Below the pieces are notes generated by a model. The model was not told the DNA's origin. It saw only the letters and a list, made by a program, of their open reading frames with translations, and searched no databases. A stretch of DNA of 64,000 nucleotides from Macrostomum lignano (taxonomy: Eukaryota). A program made the position numbers and the translations under genes. Location of the stretch: positions 30,804 through 94,803 of the forward strand of contig NIVC01001299.1 of NCBI GenBank assembly GCA_002269645.1. The letters are read 5' to 3'. Shown one piece after another: positions 20,851 through 32,600 of this stretch (the stretch's first letter is position 1; every line of letters begins with the position of its first letter).

Positions 20851-21458
20851 CAAGGACTACTTAAAAACTGCGGCCTCTCCTCCCGCCGCCTCTGGTGGGT
20901 TTACACTGCCATTGTTAGACCAAACCAGCTCCTTCGCCGGCTTCATCTGGAACAGTGCTCTAGAGGTGAAAGGGGTTCTTGAAGCTCTTAACAGGGTGCA
21001 AGGCCGCGCTTGTCGAGCTATATACTGCCATTGCACGACTCCCTCTACGCCCTTTGCTGGCATGAACTACTTCCTGGACATCCCCTCTTGACCTCTTTGT
21101 CAGAGGGGAGGCAATGAAGACCACCCGCCGTCTGCTCGACGCTTTCAGAAAGCGGAACCTCCGTCCGCACGGCGTGATCTGAAAGCAGCGGGAGGCCTGC
21201 TGACCCTCTCGGACGGAATCCCATCCACGCTCTGCCCTCGGCTCAAATTCAAAACCAGCATTCCACGACGTCATGAGGCCAGAGACAACTGGAAACCCCG
21301 TGAAATCCACTGCTTCACTGACGGATCCCAAATCAACTCCGCCTCTGGCTACGTCTACTACATCGTGTCTGGAGGGAGAACCATGGCGACTTTCTCCCAG
21401 AACTACTTGTTGTTAACAAAAGGTGTTAACAAAAGTTGTTAACAAAAAGTAGTCCTTT
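20851..21458. mobile_element. CAAGGAC-family TIR element carrying a LINE fragment
   Basis: TIRs CAAGGACTACTT / AAGTAGTCCTTT (terminal mismatch); flanks GATTTACA / GTTTTACA (7/8). Confidence 0.65.
20880..21410 (+). pseudogene. Decayed non-LTR retrotransposon fragment: RT thumb region followed by the RNase H N-terminus
   Basis: Frameshifted translation FAGFIWNSAL...LNRVQGRACRAI...STPFAGMNYFLDIP/LDLFVRGEA...RL, then IHCFTDGSQ (21311-21328), the TDGS motif of LINE RNase H. Contains stops and frameshifts. Confidence 0.7.
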
Positions 21459-21540
21459 GTTTTACATTTCATTCTCTTCGATTTTAAGTAGACAATTGAC
21501 AGAGCTGGTTTGGCATAAAAAGAAAAAAATGTAGTCTTAC

Positions 21541-24500
21541 TCAGTCTCGCAGTTGGATCTTCGAACTCCGGTCCAACTCGATCGTAGAAAACCGACTTGT
21601 ATTTGCTACGATCTTGCAGCTTCTCGGCTTGGTACTGCAGATTAATTTGTTTTAAGTGCCCAGTTATAACATCCAAATTAAGGATCAATGGAAGGTTTTC
21701 ACAAATAATCTTATTATTATCGCAAGCTAAAGCTTAAGACTTCTCTCTAGCTTTCCAAACGCCTTCTGTATATGAACTCACCCTCAGAAATATCTCAGCT
21801 CTTTCCGCTTTTGTCTCATCAGAGAAGCTGCCTTTTCGGCTGTCCAGGCTGAAATATTTGGATTGATTTTTCCTCTAAAATGTCATAAACTATTTCTCGT
21901 AAATGTTTTTGTAAAATTCAAATTAGCATTCAACACAGTTGGCGTCAAGCTTACCCTCCGTTGCTAGCCATGTCCTCAAAGACTAAAATAGAAAAAAAAC
22001 CGGGGAAAGAGAAAGATAATAGAAGCTTCCAAGTAGAGTAATAACGTACGTGTACTATGGAAACGTTATCGACGTTGATGATACTGTTCGAAATTTATTG
22101 CAAAAATGATAGACATTGTGAAAAATATACGTGTGACAGTGGATGTCGGAATTTCGCATTGGTGACTTACTTTCGAAACGCTTTCGAATGCCCTGCTTGA
22201 CGGTTCCTCGGCCGCTTGCGCGAGCACCTTTGCTGGGCCCCAGAGCTCGGACCAGTTCGGAATTGCCGTATTGCCCGCTGAGGCAGTCTGGTAAAATAAA
22301 TTTAAAACAAACTGATGGATTCAAAAATCGACAAAGCTAAATATCGATTTCCACCCAGCAAACTCGCCCCAACCATTAAATACGAATGCACCCCTGCAGT
22401 GTGGGAGTGAGTCCATTCGAGCCCCGAGGCATCCAACAGGCCCCTATCAAAGTCAAACCCGAGCTGAATTTATTGACTCAAAATTATCTTTTTTTTGAGT
22501 CGTAAAGCACAGTTTCAGTCCAGTCTATAATCTCTCTTTCTGGATGTATTATTGACTTAATCGCGCGGACCAGCTCCATAACGAATTCGAACTGGACGTA
22601 ACAGGCTTCAAAATTTAATGACTCAAGTCACGTGACTGCCTTCAAGCCCTATAGAGCCGCTTGACTCGATAGAGTTTGAGCGGAATATCTCGAGCTGAGA
22701 GTTGCTGCAAGCGTAGCTGTGCTTCAAGCAATCAAGATAAAAATCGCAGCGTTTCGTGTTGCTGGCAGTGGGTGTAGCAGCCAATACGAAAGACTGCATT
22801 TAATTGTGCAATAAAAGCCCCGTTAACCATTTGCAACTGACAGAAAACCAGCTCCAAGCCATATTTGGTTGTTACAATACGAGCAAAATATTAAATTTCG
22901 TATTGCGCGATTGAAATATTGCATAATAAATTTGCTCCGCAGTAAATTCACCATTGCATCCCGAAATTATACTAGCATTTGGTTTCCAACGTGAATTTAT
23001 TCAGTGCATGCAATTATTCTATTAGAAGCTTCTGAAAGCACCGGACTAAGATGACAAAGAAGAACTTTTTGGACACCTCAAAACAAGGCTTCAGGTCCCG
23101 TTAATTAGGGTAATTGAAAAGTGTTCTTCTTTGCAGGTAGGGCGGGGGGTAGTGCACATCCGTCATCATCAGAGTGAAAGAGTTAATTATCCAACTATTT
23201 AGGACACCAGGAACTGCCTGAAAAATATCAGTTTGCTTTCATCTATACTTCAACCTCAGGGGGTTAAAATTTGACCAAAGCAAAGCATGGAAACTGCAGC
23301 AGAAAGGTGGTGCACTCGACTTTCTTAGAAATGAGATGAGGTCGGAAAAGAACGTATATTTTTAGCATTGCTAGTGAATTTACTCTGATTAATTAATTCT
23401 CTTCTCCACCCAATTTTTCTATCACAAAACCCCATTTAGCGCTATGGAGGACTTCAAAAGACCAAAATTTCAAGGACCAATTAGAAAATTCTGAATTGGT
23501 CCTTGCGCCAAAATGAGCATCAGATGCTTTAGTCTGGCCTGAGTATTGATAATAGTAATAAAATAATTGATTATCCCAGCCCCAGTGGGCAGATGTGCAA
23601 CCGACAGCTCAGCCGCAGCTATTGCGCGGCGCATCTGAAGGCTGCGTACGGCTGTTCAGTCCAAGGACTGGGGGGTCGCCACACACCGGCCCTCAATTAC
23701 ACCAGAGAATGCTGGCACCCATTTTACAGCTTGTAGAACTGAAGCAATGCAGAGTTAAGTGTCTTGCTCAAGGACACAAATTGTTCCGAGTGGGTCGAGA
23801 ATCGAACCCCGGACCTATCAGTGGTGAGTCCGACGCTCTAACCACTAGGCTACAACCCCTACTCACAACCACTGGCCTGAGGCACCAAAATCAGTTCTCG
23901 TTTATAACTTTTGGTTTTGTCTCCACGCACTACTGACTCCAGTAGGGCAACGACGATGGTTCAACATCACAGTGCGATAATTGAGTTGCACTGTAATTGT
24001 TTTGATGTTGCGTGCTCAGTTTCACTCACCGGTAGAAGCCACCATCTCATGCTGAGGCCTTTGATCACCAGATGAATTGGTTGCATGATTTGAGTACTTT
24101 CGCAAACTGCCACCAGCAGGGGCGAGACGGTGAGTTGATCCGCTGAAAGTCAAAATACCATGTAGATGATTAATTTATGAAAGACTTAGATCAGTCAGGT
24201 ATAAAATCGCGGTCGTATGAGTAGGACTAATTCAGTCATTTAAGAACTCAAAACTAACAAGCACTCTTAAATACTTTGTGAAAATTCAAATTTTACAGCA
24301 TAATAACTTCTTACAATCCCGTGTAGCCTTCAGCTCCTCTGGCAGTTGGCGATGTCGAAGATGCCCCCAGATCTTCCCAATACGCCTTGAGCCGTTGGAA
24401 GCGCTCTGGAAATACCAACAATGTAAATGCATTCAATGAGGCAACTATTCGACAAATAGACTGTTACCTCATGACATTATGAACTTCAACCTGTTAAGTA

Positions 24501-25238
24501 AGTGCTCGTCAACTTCGATAAATATTATTCACAAAAAACATTCTTGATGCCAATCGGCAGCATTCCGCGTTAGTGTTTTTATCAGATTTCAAAGGCTTTG
24601 AAAAGTCATTGTAAAATCACTGGATGACTCACGCATGCAACGTGAAGCAGGAGACGTTATAACAAAAATCTTTTAGTGAGATCAGCGAAGCCGAGTCAGA
24701 AGTACAAATTTGAATAAGTTTCGATTTGATTTCTCGGCCGATTAATAGAAAGAAAAGAAAGAAAGAAATAGAAAGCATTTCCTCGCAAGTCTCCTAGCTA
24801 GTGGGCACCGCCGACTGTCTTCGCGCGGTTTTACGTGGCATGTTATAAATTGATTTGCCTTTTGCGCAGTCAGCTAGCTAAGATGCCTCAATTCTTACAT
24901 GCGCCTATATTATAAATTAAAAGCAGATGATTTGCAGGCTGGTTGTGGGCCTGAAAAGTGCAACGCATTCGGCAACATGGTCCCACAACCGGCGCTGACG
25001 ATTGTCGGTAGGGTTCCACGAGTCCCACAACCCATTATCCAATTTTCGTGCACACACTAACCCAGAATTTACGTGGTCGCTCACAGAATCGAACCACGGG
25101 GTCGTGCTTTTTTACACTGTGTTTTTCCTCAGCTATACAAACGTCTCTTGCTTAAATTTTCGACCTCACCTCTTCCCTTGACTGAGTCTCCTACAGCGGT
25201 CTTCTGCTCAGAAGACTCATCGCTGCTTGCCTGCTTGC
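21541..25238 (-). CDS. Tentative 5' exons of the RhoGEF gene
   Basis: Candidate exons about 25238-25170, 24405-24315, 24142-24030, 22287-22171 chain in compatible phases (SVKGR/ERFQRLKAYWE...GTVKQGIRKRFE) with GT(A/G)AG donors. Exon about 21634-21541 has a good donor but its acceptor phase is uncertain. Start codon not found. Confidence 0.45.
23471..23505. repeat. 35-bp hairpin with CAAGGAC-family termini
   Basis: CAAGGACCAATT / AATTGGTCCTTG perfect 12-bp inverted repeat; no clean TSD. Confidence 0.55.
23545..23860 (-). mobile_element. tRNA-derived CORE-SINE, copy B
   Basis: Reverse-complement match to copies A, C and D across head, CORE and 3' region. Confidence 0.88.
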
Positions 25239-26192
25239 CTATGTGGCGATGACATTGCGAATTGAATTGTAATTGCGCGAGTTATTTGATATAATTTATC
25301 TAATGAATATAATTTCGGAATCAAGATTAATAGTAAAAACTCATGACGCAGTTACTTCTGAAGTATTATTATGAACACTTACCAGATATCTGGGAAAACT
25401 TGGGCATCTTCGATATTAACTATGCCAACCAGATTAGTGCAGCTTTTTAGATTGATTGATGAAATGCAACGCGATAGCTGGTTCAGCAGACGCCAGGCAC
25501 ATTGAATGCTAATTTATTTTCCAGACGCTTTTGAGTTTTGATCTACTACGAGCTACAAGTATCAAGCCAAATTGGACAACACAGGAAGAGCTGCATAATA
25601 AAAGTTGTGCGTTGTTAAACGGTATGTTTTATCCAAACTGTAGCTAGCTATAGGAAAAAGACACAGAACTCTGACGCCACTCCCCGCTGTACACTGCGGA
25701 AGAGAAGTAGAGAGAGAGAGTCACAGACAGAGGAGAGGAGAAGAACACTGGAGTAACCACCCACCCCTAAGAACCTCGACCTTGTCTTGCCCTTGCCTTG
25801 TAAAAATCTGCAGGCATAATACGTACAACTCTATGCTCAGTATCGTGGCTTGTACTTGGCCTGAGGTGGGTGAGGTGCATGAGGCATAATAGAGAGAAGG
25901 TATGCGCAGCCCTGAGCGGAGCGGGGGAGAGAGACTAAGGTCGACAGAACCGGTCACGTGCACGTACGCGACTGTGCAAAAAATAGCAGAGATAGAATTA
26001 TAGAGGAAAGAACCAGCACTGCACTGCCGCTGCGTTTCCTCGACCAACACCCGCGTCGGTTTGACTGTACGCAGAATAGTTATTATACTAGGAGATTCTA
26101 TGCCATTAAGACTTTTATAAAAATGAAATCACTTTACCCAAAAGCAAATAAAGCCCATCTCATTTCTGAGGCAGCCTGATTTGTTTAAATGT

Positions 26193-26755
26193 GGCTTTAG
26201 CACCAGGGGCTTTAGCACCAGGGGCGCCAGCTCCAGGGGCGCCAGCTCCAGGGGCGCCAGCTCCAGGGGCGCCAGCTCCAGGGGCGCCAGCTCCAGGGGC
26301 GCCAGCTCCAGGGGCGCCAGCTCCAGGGGCGCCAGCTCCAGGGGCGCCAGCTCCAGGGGCGCCAGCTCCAGGGGCGCCAGCTCCAGGGGCGCCAGCTCCA
26401 GGGGCGCCAGCTCCAGGGGCGCCAGCTCCAGGGGCGCCAGCTCCAGGGGCGCCAGCTCCAGGGGCGCCAGCTCCAGGGGCGCCAGCTCCAGGGGCGCCAG
26501 CTCCAGGGGCGCCAGCTCCAGGGGCGCCAGCTCCAGGGGCGCCAGCTCCAGGGGCGCCAGCTCCAGGGGCGCCAGCTCCAGGGGCGCCAGCTCCAGGGGC
26601 GCCAGCTCCATGGGCGCCAGCTCCAGGGGCGCCAGCTCCAGGGGCGCCAGCTCCAGGGGCGCCAGCTCCAGGGGCGCCAGCTCCAGGGGCGCCAGCTCCA
26701 GGGGCGCCAGCTCCAGGGGCGCCAGCTCCAGGGGCGCCAGCACCAGGGGCGCCAG
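26193..26755. repeat. 15-bp GC-rich minisatellite (GGGGCGCCAGCTCCA)n
   Basis: About 37 almost identical units, starting with GGCTTTAGCACCAGG variants. Confidence 0.95.
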
Positions 26756-27289
26756 AAATTCAACAAAGCTAGAAAGTATCCAAATGTGAACGAAAAATTC
26801 AAGCTGTACAAAGTGCATTTGGCATTAGCATTAGCAGAGATTTTTCTGATAAAATTTGGCTAAAAAATCAAATCTATTCATTTATTTGATGTCTTCCGAG
26901 CAAAACCCGAACAAAACCCATGCAGGCAATCAGTGAGCGCATTCTAAAGGTTGATTGAGTAGCTCTGCTTTTCGACGGAATAGGAAGCCTTGGATGATAA
27001 GGATGCGGGTTGATGAAGCTCGGGAGCTTGGCAGGAAACCTTAAGCCCCCGGGGTGAGTGAGTATCGCAGATGTGCGAATGCATTAATTAGAAAGCATCT
27101 ATATAGTAATAGGCTTAATCTGTTTCTCTAATCGAAATTTCTAAGCTCTGACTAATCTAATCTAAGCTGCGTCTGTCTTGGGCTGGTTTTCATTCCCTTC
27201 CTGCTAGTTCTTTAAGTTGAACCTGTACTTTTTGCGTTTTAAGAGTACTCTATGCATTTCTCTATGCACTTTGCATTTGCATCATGACA

Positions 27290-27680
27290 CAAACATGAGA
27301 ATAATTAGAGTGACACAAGCGTGAGAATCATTAGAGTGACACACTCGTAAAAATCATTAGGGTGGCACAAACATGAGAATCATTAGAGTGACACAGTCAT
27401 GAGAATCATTAGAGTGACACAATCATGAGAATCATTAGAGTGACACAAGCGTGAGAATCATTAGAGTGACACAGTCATGAGAATCATTAGAGTGACACAA
27501 TCATGAGAATCATTAGAGTGACACAAGCGTGAGAATCATTAGAGTGGCACAAGCATGCAAATCATTAGAGTGACACAAGCATGGGAATCATTAGAGTGAC
27601 ATAAACGTGAGAGTCATTAGAGTGACACAATCGTGAGAATCATTAGAGTGACACAAGCAGGAGAGTTATTAGAGTGCTTT
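27290..27680. repeat. 26-bp minisatellite (GAGAATCATTAGAGTGACACAATCAT)n
   Basis: About 15 visible units. Confidence 0.92.
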
Positions 27681-28371
27681 GCATAAAAGTAATAACACAA
27701 TATGCATGTGATGCATGTTCCAATGTGAGCAAAAAATCCCTAGAAAAGAATTTGCTAGAATGCTAAACAAGTCTTAGCCAAAAATAATGAGCCTCAGCAG
27801 ATTTTGTTAATAACACAGCTGCTCAAAACGCTCAAAGCAGATCAGGATTGCAAGCGGAATTAGAATCTTACATCTGAAAGATTTGGCTCGCGTGATTCAA
27901 CAGGAGAATTGTTGTTGTCCTGTTTTTCTCTTGTCCCGTGTTCAATATCTAGAAATCCCATTAGGGACCTTGGAGACTTTGTCAGTGGGGTGGATGGATT
28001 TGCAAGAAGGATGCACGGATTTCTTAGAAATTCTTTAAATTTATTTTTCTAATCTCCGGGTGTCTTTATATTTTTGCGTGCGACAGAAGATTTACAAACA
28101 TGAAAATAAAATTATTAAAATCAATCAGTCCTTGAAGAAAAGTCTACAGGTGAATTTGATTCTCAGCGATCTACAATATCTCATTAGAGATTTGCGTCGG
28201 GTTGCGCGACAAGAATCAACAGTATCAGCTATTAGAGAAATAACTTTTATCAAAGGGCTTTCCCTGCCCTATTGAGAAGAAAGTAGCGGGAACTCAGTAT
28301 TATTAGGTAAGTTTTAGCACAGCAAAGATACTTATGCGAGTGCCTTCTGCAATCCTAACACAGTCTTAGTT

Positions 28372-28412
28372 CGAAGACTACTACTTATATATTGTTACTT
28401 TAGTCGTCCTTG
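28372..28412. mobile_element. 41-bp CAAGGAC-family micro-element
   Basis: Right end TTACTTTAGTCGTCCTTG resembles the right end of the 33558 element; left end degenerate (CGAAGACTAC); flanks TCTTAGTT / CCTTAGTT (7/8). Confidence 0.55.
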
Positions 28413-28419
28413 CCTTAGT

Positions 28420-28877
28420 TTCAGTCCTAGTGGCTAGTGGAGCTTAATTCCGACTTACAACTAAAAGACACGGGCTACTTAAGTAGAAGGACACGTCACG
28501 CACAAAACGTTCATGCCTGCTATAGTATACGCTAAAAAAAATTCTGCCTCCAAAAAATTACACGAATCGTGTGTCGCGTTCTATATTTACGACAATTAAG
28601 TAGTCCGTACTCTAAAAGGTCGGAGGTTCGATTCTCGACCTTCTAGGAAAAATTTGTGTCCTTGAGCAAGACACTTAACTCTGCATTGCTTCAGTTCACC
28701 CAGCTGTAAAATGGGTGCCAGCATTAGCTGGGGTAATTGAGGGTGAGTGTGGCGACAACCAACAGCCGTACGCAGCCTTCAGATGCGCCGCGCAATAGCT
28801 GCGGCTGAGCTGTCGGTTGCACATCTGGCTCAATAGGGCAGGTGTAATCAATTATTATTATTATTATTATCATTATT
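28420..28877 (+). mobile_element. tRNA-derived CORE-SINE, copy C, head interrupted by a MITE
   Basis: Degenerate A-box region about 28424-28460, insertion 28469 to about 28611, then AAAAGGTCGGAGGTTCGATTCTCGACC, CORE, 3' region and (ATT)n tail. Confidence 0.8.
28469..28611. mobile_element. CAAGGAC-related MITE inserted into SINE copy C
   Basis: Ends CACGGGCTACTTAAGTAGAAGGAC / TTAAGTAGTCCGTA, similar to the 33558 element; flanks CTAAAAGA / CTAAAAGG with about 2 nt boundary uncertainty. Confidence 0.55.
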
Positions 28878-29623
28878 GAGCTGCTGGTATATACAACACG
28901 AATTCATTGAAAATCGCTTTACGTAAATTAAGACTGCATCGGAACACGAAATTTATCCTTGAAAACCAGGACGCTATGGGGACACATACTACTAATACGA
29001 GTACTACTCAAGCTTTGCCCCTCGTTTGCGTCGCATTTGTACAAGCGTAATTTATGTTGGCGGAGGAACGAGAGGCAGAGAGAGAGGGAGACAGCGAAGG
29101 GGAGAGGGGAGCGGACGCAGAGCCTAGGTGGCACTGGGAGAGGAGGAGAGCCCCAGCGGAAGCTCATTGTCACGCTCCGCTGGGTGGCAACGCCAGTTCT
29201 GGTGACTCTTTGCTTCGATAAGCGACCAGACGGCGAGTTTGCATGCGAGCTTGTGCGTGTGCGTGTGTGTGAGCGCGTGTTTGTGTGTGTCTTTGCTAGA
29301 AGCAAGGAGAAAGGCTGCGAGAGAGGAGGTTGAGGGCGACAGCAATCCAGTGTCCACAAGGCCTAGGTGAAGTCTGCTGCGCAAGAGACTAAAGCCTAGG
29401 CTCTCACTATTGGCTGAGCTTAACTCAGTCAAATCCTCAAACTTTCGGGCAGGAAAGTGTGAGGTTGGAGCAGCCGTCGGATGGAAGCATCGCTTCCCCT
29501 TTAAGGTGCTTTTCTTCTGTCTACGATACAGCGTTCTTAAAATCATTATGCTTCCCTACTCAATTCTGTAGATCCATCGTGAGTCTGCATGGACCATCAG
29601 AGACAGACAGGTCGGACAATCGA

Positions 29624-32600
29624 ATGATGTGGAGCGCGGAGAGCAACAGCAACAACAGCGGCAGCGGCACTAGCAGAACTAGGAACTGCCCTCACACAGG
29701 TCATGCTGACACGCCATCAGCCAGCGCTGCGGCATCGAGGCCCGTCTTCTGCTGCTGCGGCCCCGGTCGGAAACGATACCTGATAGCTCTGCTGTGCTGC
29801 ATCGGACTGACGGTGGTTATTGGCATGCGAGCGGAGATGGTCGCCATCATGGACTATTTGAACAAGCAGTCCAACGTCTCGGCCACAGTTGCTAGGTCGA
29901 GCAGCAGCGCCTCAATCTTTCAGCCCAACGCTCACCGACAGATGCCTTGGCAGAACACCGCCAACGATCTGATTGAGAACTCGGTGTTCATCGGCTACCT
30001 GGTGGCTAGCCCTGTTGGCGGCTACCTGACGGTGCATCACGACAGCTCCCTGCTACTCGGCTGCTCCGTGGCGCTCACCTGCGGTCTCAACCTGTTCCTG
30101 CCCTTGGTTACGCAAATCGCGGCAGATATCTCAGCGTCCATAGCGATTATTGTAGTGCTGCGACTGATGCAGGGCCTGGCTGAAGGCTGCCTCATACCGG
30201 CCGTCTTTGGTGTGATGCGCTTCTGGGGACCCGAAGGTGAGCGATCCTCGCTGCTCTGCTTCGCCGTCATCGGGGTGTCGCTCGGTCCGCTGATCGGCCT
30301 GCCGGTGTGCCAGGAGATCGAGAACCACTGGGGCTGGGCGGTGGTGTTCTACATCTACGCCAACATCGGCTTGATCTGGTGCATCTTCTGGTGGCGACTG
30401 ATCGACGAGAAGCCCTTGAAGGACAAGAACCTGGGCAAACAGGAGCGCCAGTACTTGGAGGTGACGGTCACCAAGAAGGTCCTGTACGCGCACAGGCGTC
30501 TTCGAGTACCGTGGAAGGAGATTTTTAAATCTAGACAGGTCTATGCGATATTTTTCACGTACGCAGCAGACGACTGGACCTTCCAGATCAGCTCGGTGTG
30601 CATGCAGAGCTACTATCACCAGATGTACAAAACCGACGTTGGTCACACCATATTCCTGCTATCATTTCCGTTCCTGGCCAGGTCACTGTTTGTGCCAATC
30701 GGTAAGACTCTGTCCGTGCTACTAACTAGCTAATCAGTCACTTTTTCAGCTTATAACCTTTCGCCAGCCAATTTATTTTGTGCAAACCTTTCTGCCACGG
30801 ATACGCAAAACTCCAAACCGGTAACTGTCGGCTTGGCAGGACGGGGATTTACCAAGCAATTAATCAAATTACGCTTGTAAATAAGATCAGAATATTAATA
30901 ATGCTAATCTATGCATAAAATTCGGATAAATCTTTCTCAGTTCTCGCATATTTAAATATGATATATTAGACTTGCCATTTTAAGTGACGTTATTCTAGGC
31001 CAATAAACTGCCTTAAAACAGGTACAGTGCTCACCAGAGCATACGGTTTGCACTAGATTCTCCCAATGATATACGAGTCTGAAGTGGGCAGAGAGAGAGG
31101 GAGGGAGAGGCGGATCTAGTTTATCCAGGGAAGTTCTCAGTGAAGCGATGGCAGCAAAAGTGATAATGATGGTTTTTATGGCTGCAAAGTTCCGCTGCCA
31201 CTCATGCAGCTCCAGCTGCTGTGGACATTTCTATACTGTCGAAGTAGACTCAAAAAGTTGGTGAACATGCAAATAGTGACTTTATTTATTGAGTAACGCA
31301 GCTAACTCTCAGTTCTCGTACCTGTCGTGCCACACCCACCAACCCGCGTCTCGAGAGTACTTTTGATGCGATCCATGAAAACTCATTAAACCCTTATGTC
31401 AATAGGCATTGCGGCATATAGGGGATTAACAGTAGGAATACTAAGCCATTTTTCCGTCTGTCGAACTTCCCCTGACAATTTTTTTTGGATGACCAGCTGA
31501 GGATGTCCAGCAGTTGAAGTTCGTATACTGTCAAGGCTTGATTGCAACAGTGTCCATGGTCACCTGGTGTCACCTGCTGAAGGTCCAGAAGCTCCGCCTG
31601 GGTGAAGGCCAATAAGAAAAGAAGTCAGAGCTGATGCAGACACATGCGGTCGACATGCTGATGAAATTTGGAGGCTTGGCAGGGCTGCACTGAGGCGCAG
31701 TGCTGATTGAAGTGTACTAAATACACTAGCGCTAAAGGGAACTTCCGACCTTCTGGCAGAATCGTCGAATATCTCGACGGTCCGCAGGGCTGGTGACTTG
31801 ATTCTTGTTTGAGAAGGTGTGCAACAAACAGGTAGCCGGCGTTCTGGAAGTTCGTGTGCCTGCGTTGCTCCATTCCGGTGCAACAAAAAATTGTCTGGGG
31901 TGGGATTCCCCGAATGGTATAGTTTTACCGTAAATCAGACTTTATTGCCTTCTCATACATTGACAATCACTTAAACTACACTGTACTTATTGTATTTTTA
32001 GTTTTCAGTCATACGACGTAGTTTGAACAGTGAGTGGGCTTTTAAACTTGGAGATAAACCAATTGAGTGCTGAATGCATTCAATTTGTTAATGGCATGGA
32101 TTTTAGCAAGACAAGGTTTGCGTGATTTTTGTTTAAACAGCGAGCATCCTGAACAAACAGTCACAGTGGGAGGACAGGACAAAAAGCATTATTGTCTAAC
32201 TTAAAACTAAAATTAACAACTAACATTGAACAGAAATTTTCTCTTTAGTTTTATTTCATCAATCGGTCTTATATTGCTAGATTGTTTGCTTGGCTAGTTT
32301 GCAGCTCGATCAGTGTAGTAATTCGACTTAATTAAACACGTCAGATGTCTCTTGTTAAAGTTTCGTTACTAATAATAACTCATGCTAACTTAAAACATGT
32401 GCCTTGATAAAGAAGGGTTGCAGCCTAGTGGTTAGAGCGTCGGACTCACCACTGAAAGGTGCGGGGTTCGATTCTCGACCTACTCGAAACAATTTGTGTC
32501 CTTGAGCAAGACACTTAACTTTGCATTGCTTCAGTTCACCCAGCAGTAAAATGGGTGCCAGCTTTAGCTGGGGTAATTGAGGGCGTGAGGCGACCCCCCA

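Noticed and set aside
20960-21410. Minus-strand ORF as an extra RhoGEF exon
   Set aside because: The + strand explains it better as a LINE RT/RNase H fragment within TIRs; the neighbouring exons join in phase without it.
25388-25420. Short similarity (TGGGAAAACTTGGGCATCTTCGA) to the minus-strand exon at 24350-24380
   Set aside because: Under 30 bp with mismatches and no flanking homology; compatible with chance.
26129-26818. ORFs of about 200 aa with LAPLE / GASSR / PGAPA repeats (also 20183-20416)
   Set aside because: A stop-free 15-bp tandem unit gives ORFs in several frames on both strands; not collagen- or elastin-like genes.
27290-27680. CRISPR-like regular repeats (also 8.4-9.3 kb and 36.3-36.9 kb)
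   Set aside because: Units are head to tail with no unique spacers, there are no cas genes, and the context is eukaryotic.
32414-32480. Functional tRNA gene (also 18221, 23795-23860)
   Set aside because: The tRNA-like part runs directly into the CORE domain, lacks a 3' acceptor-stem partner and T-run terminator, and varies between copies; it is a SINE head.
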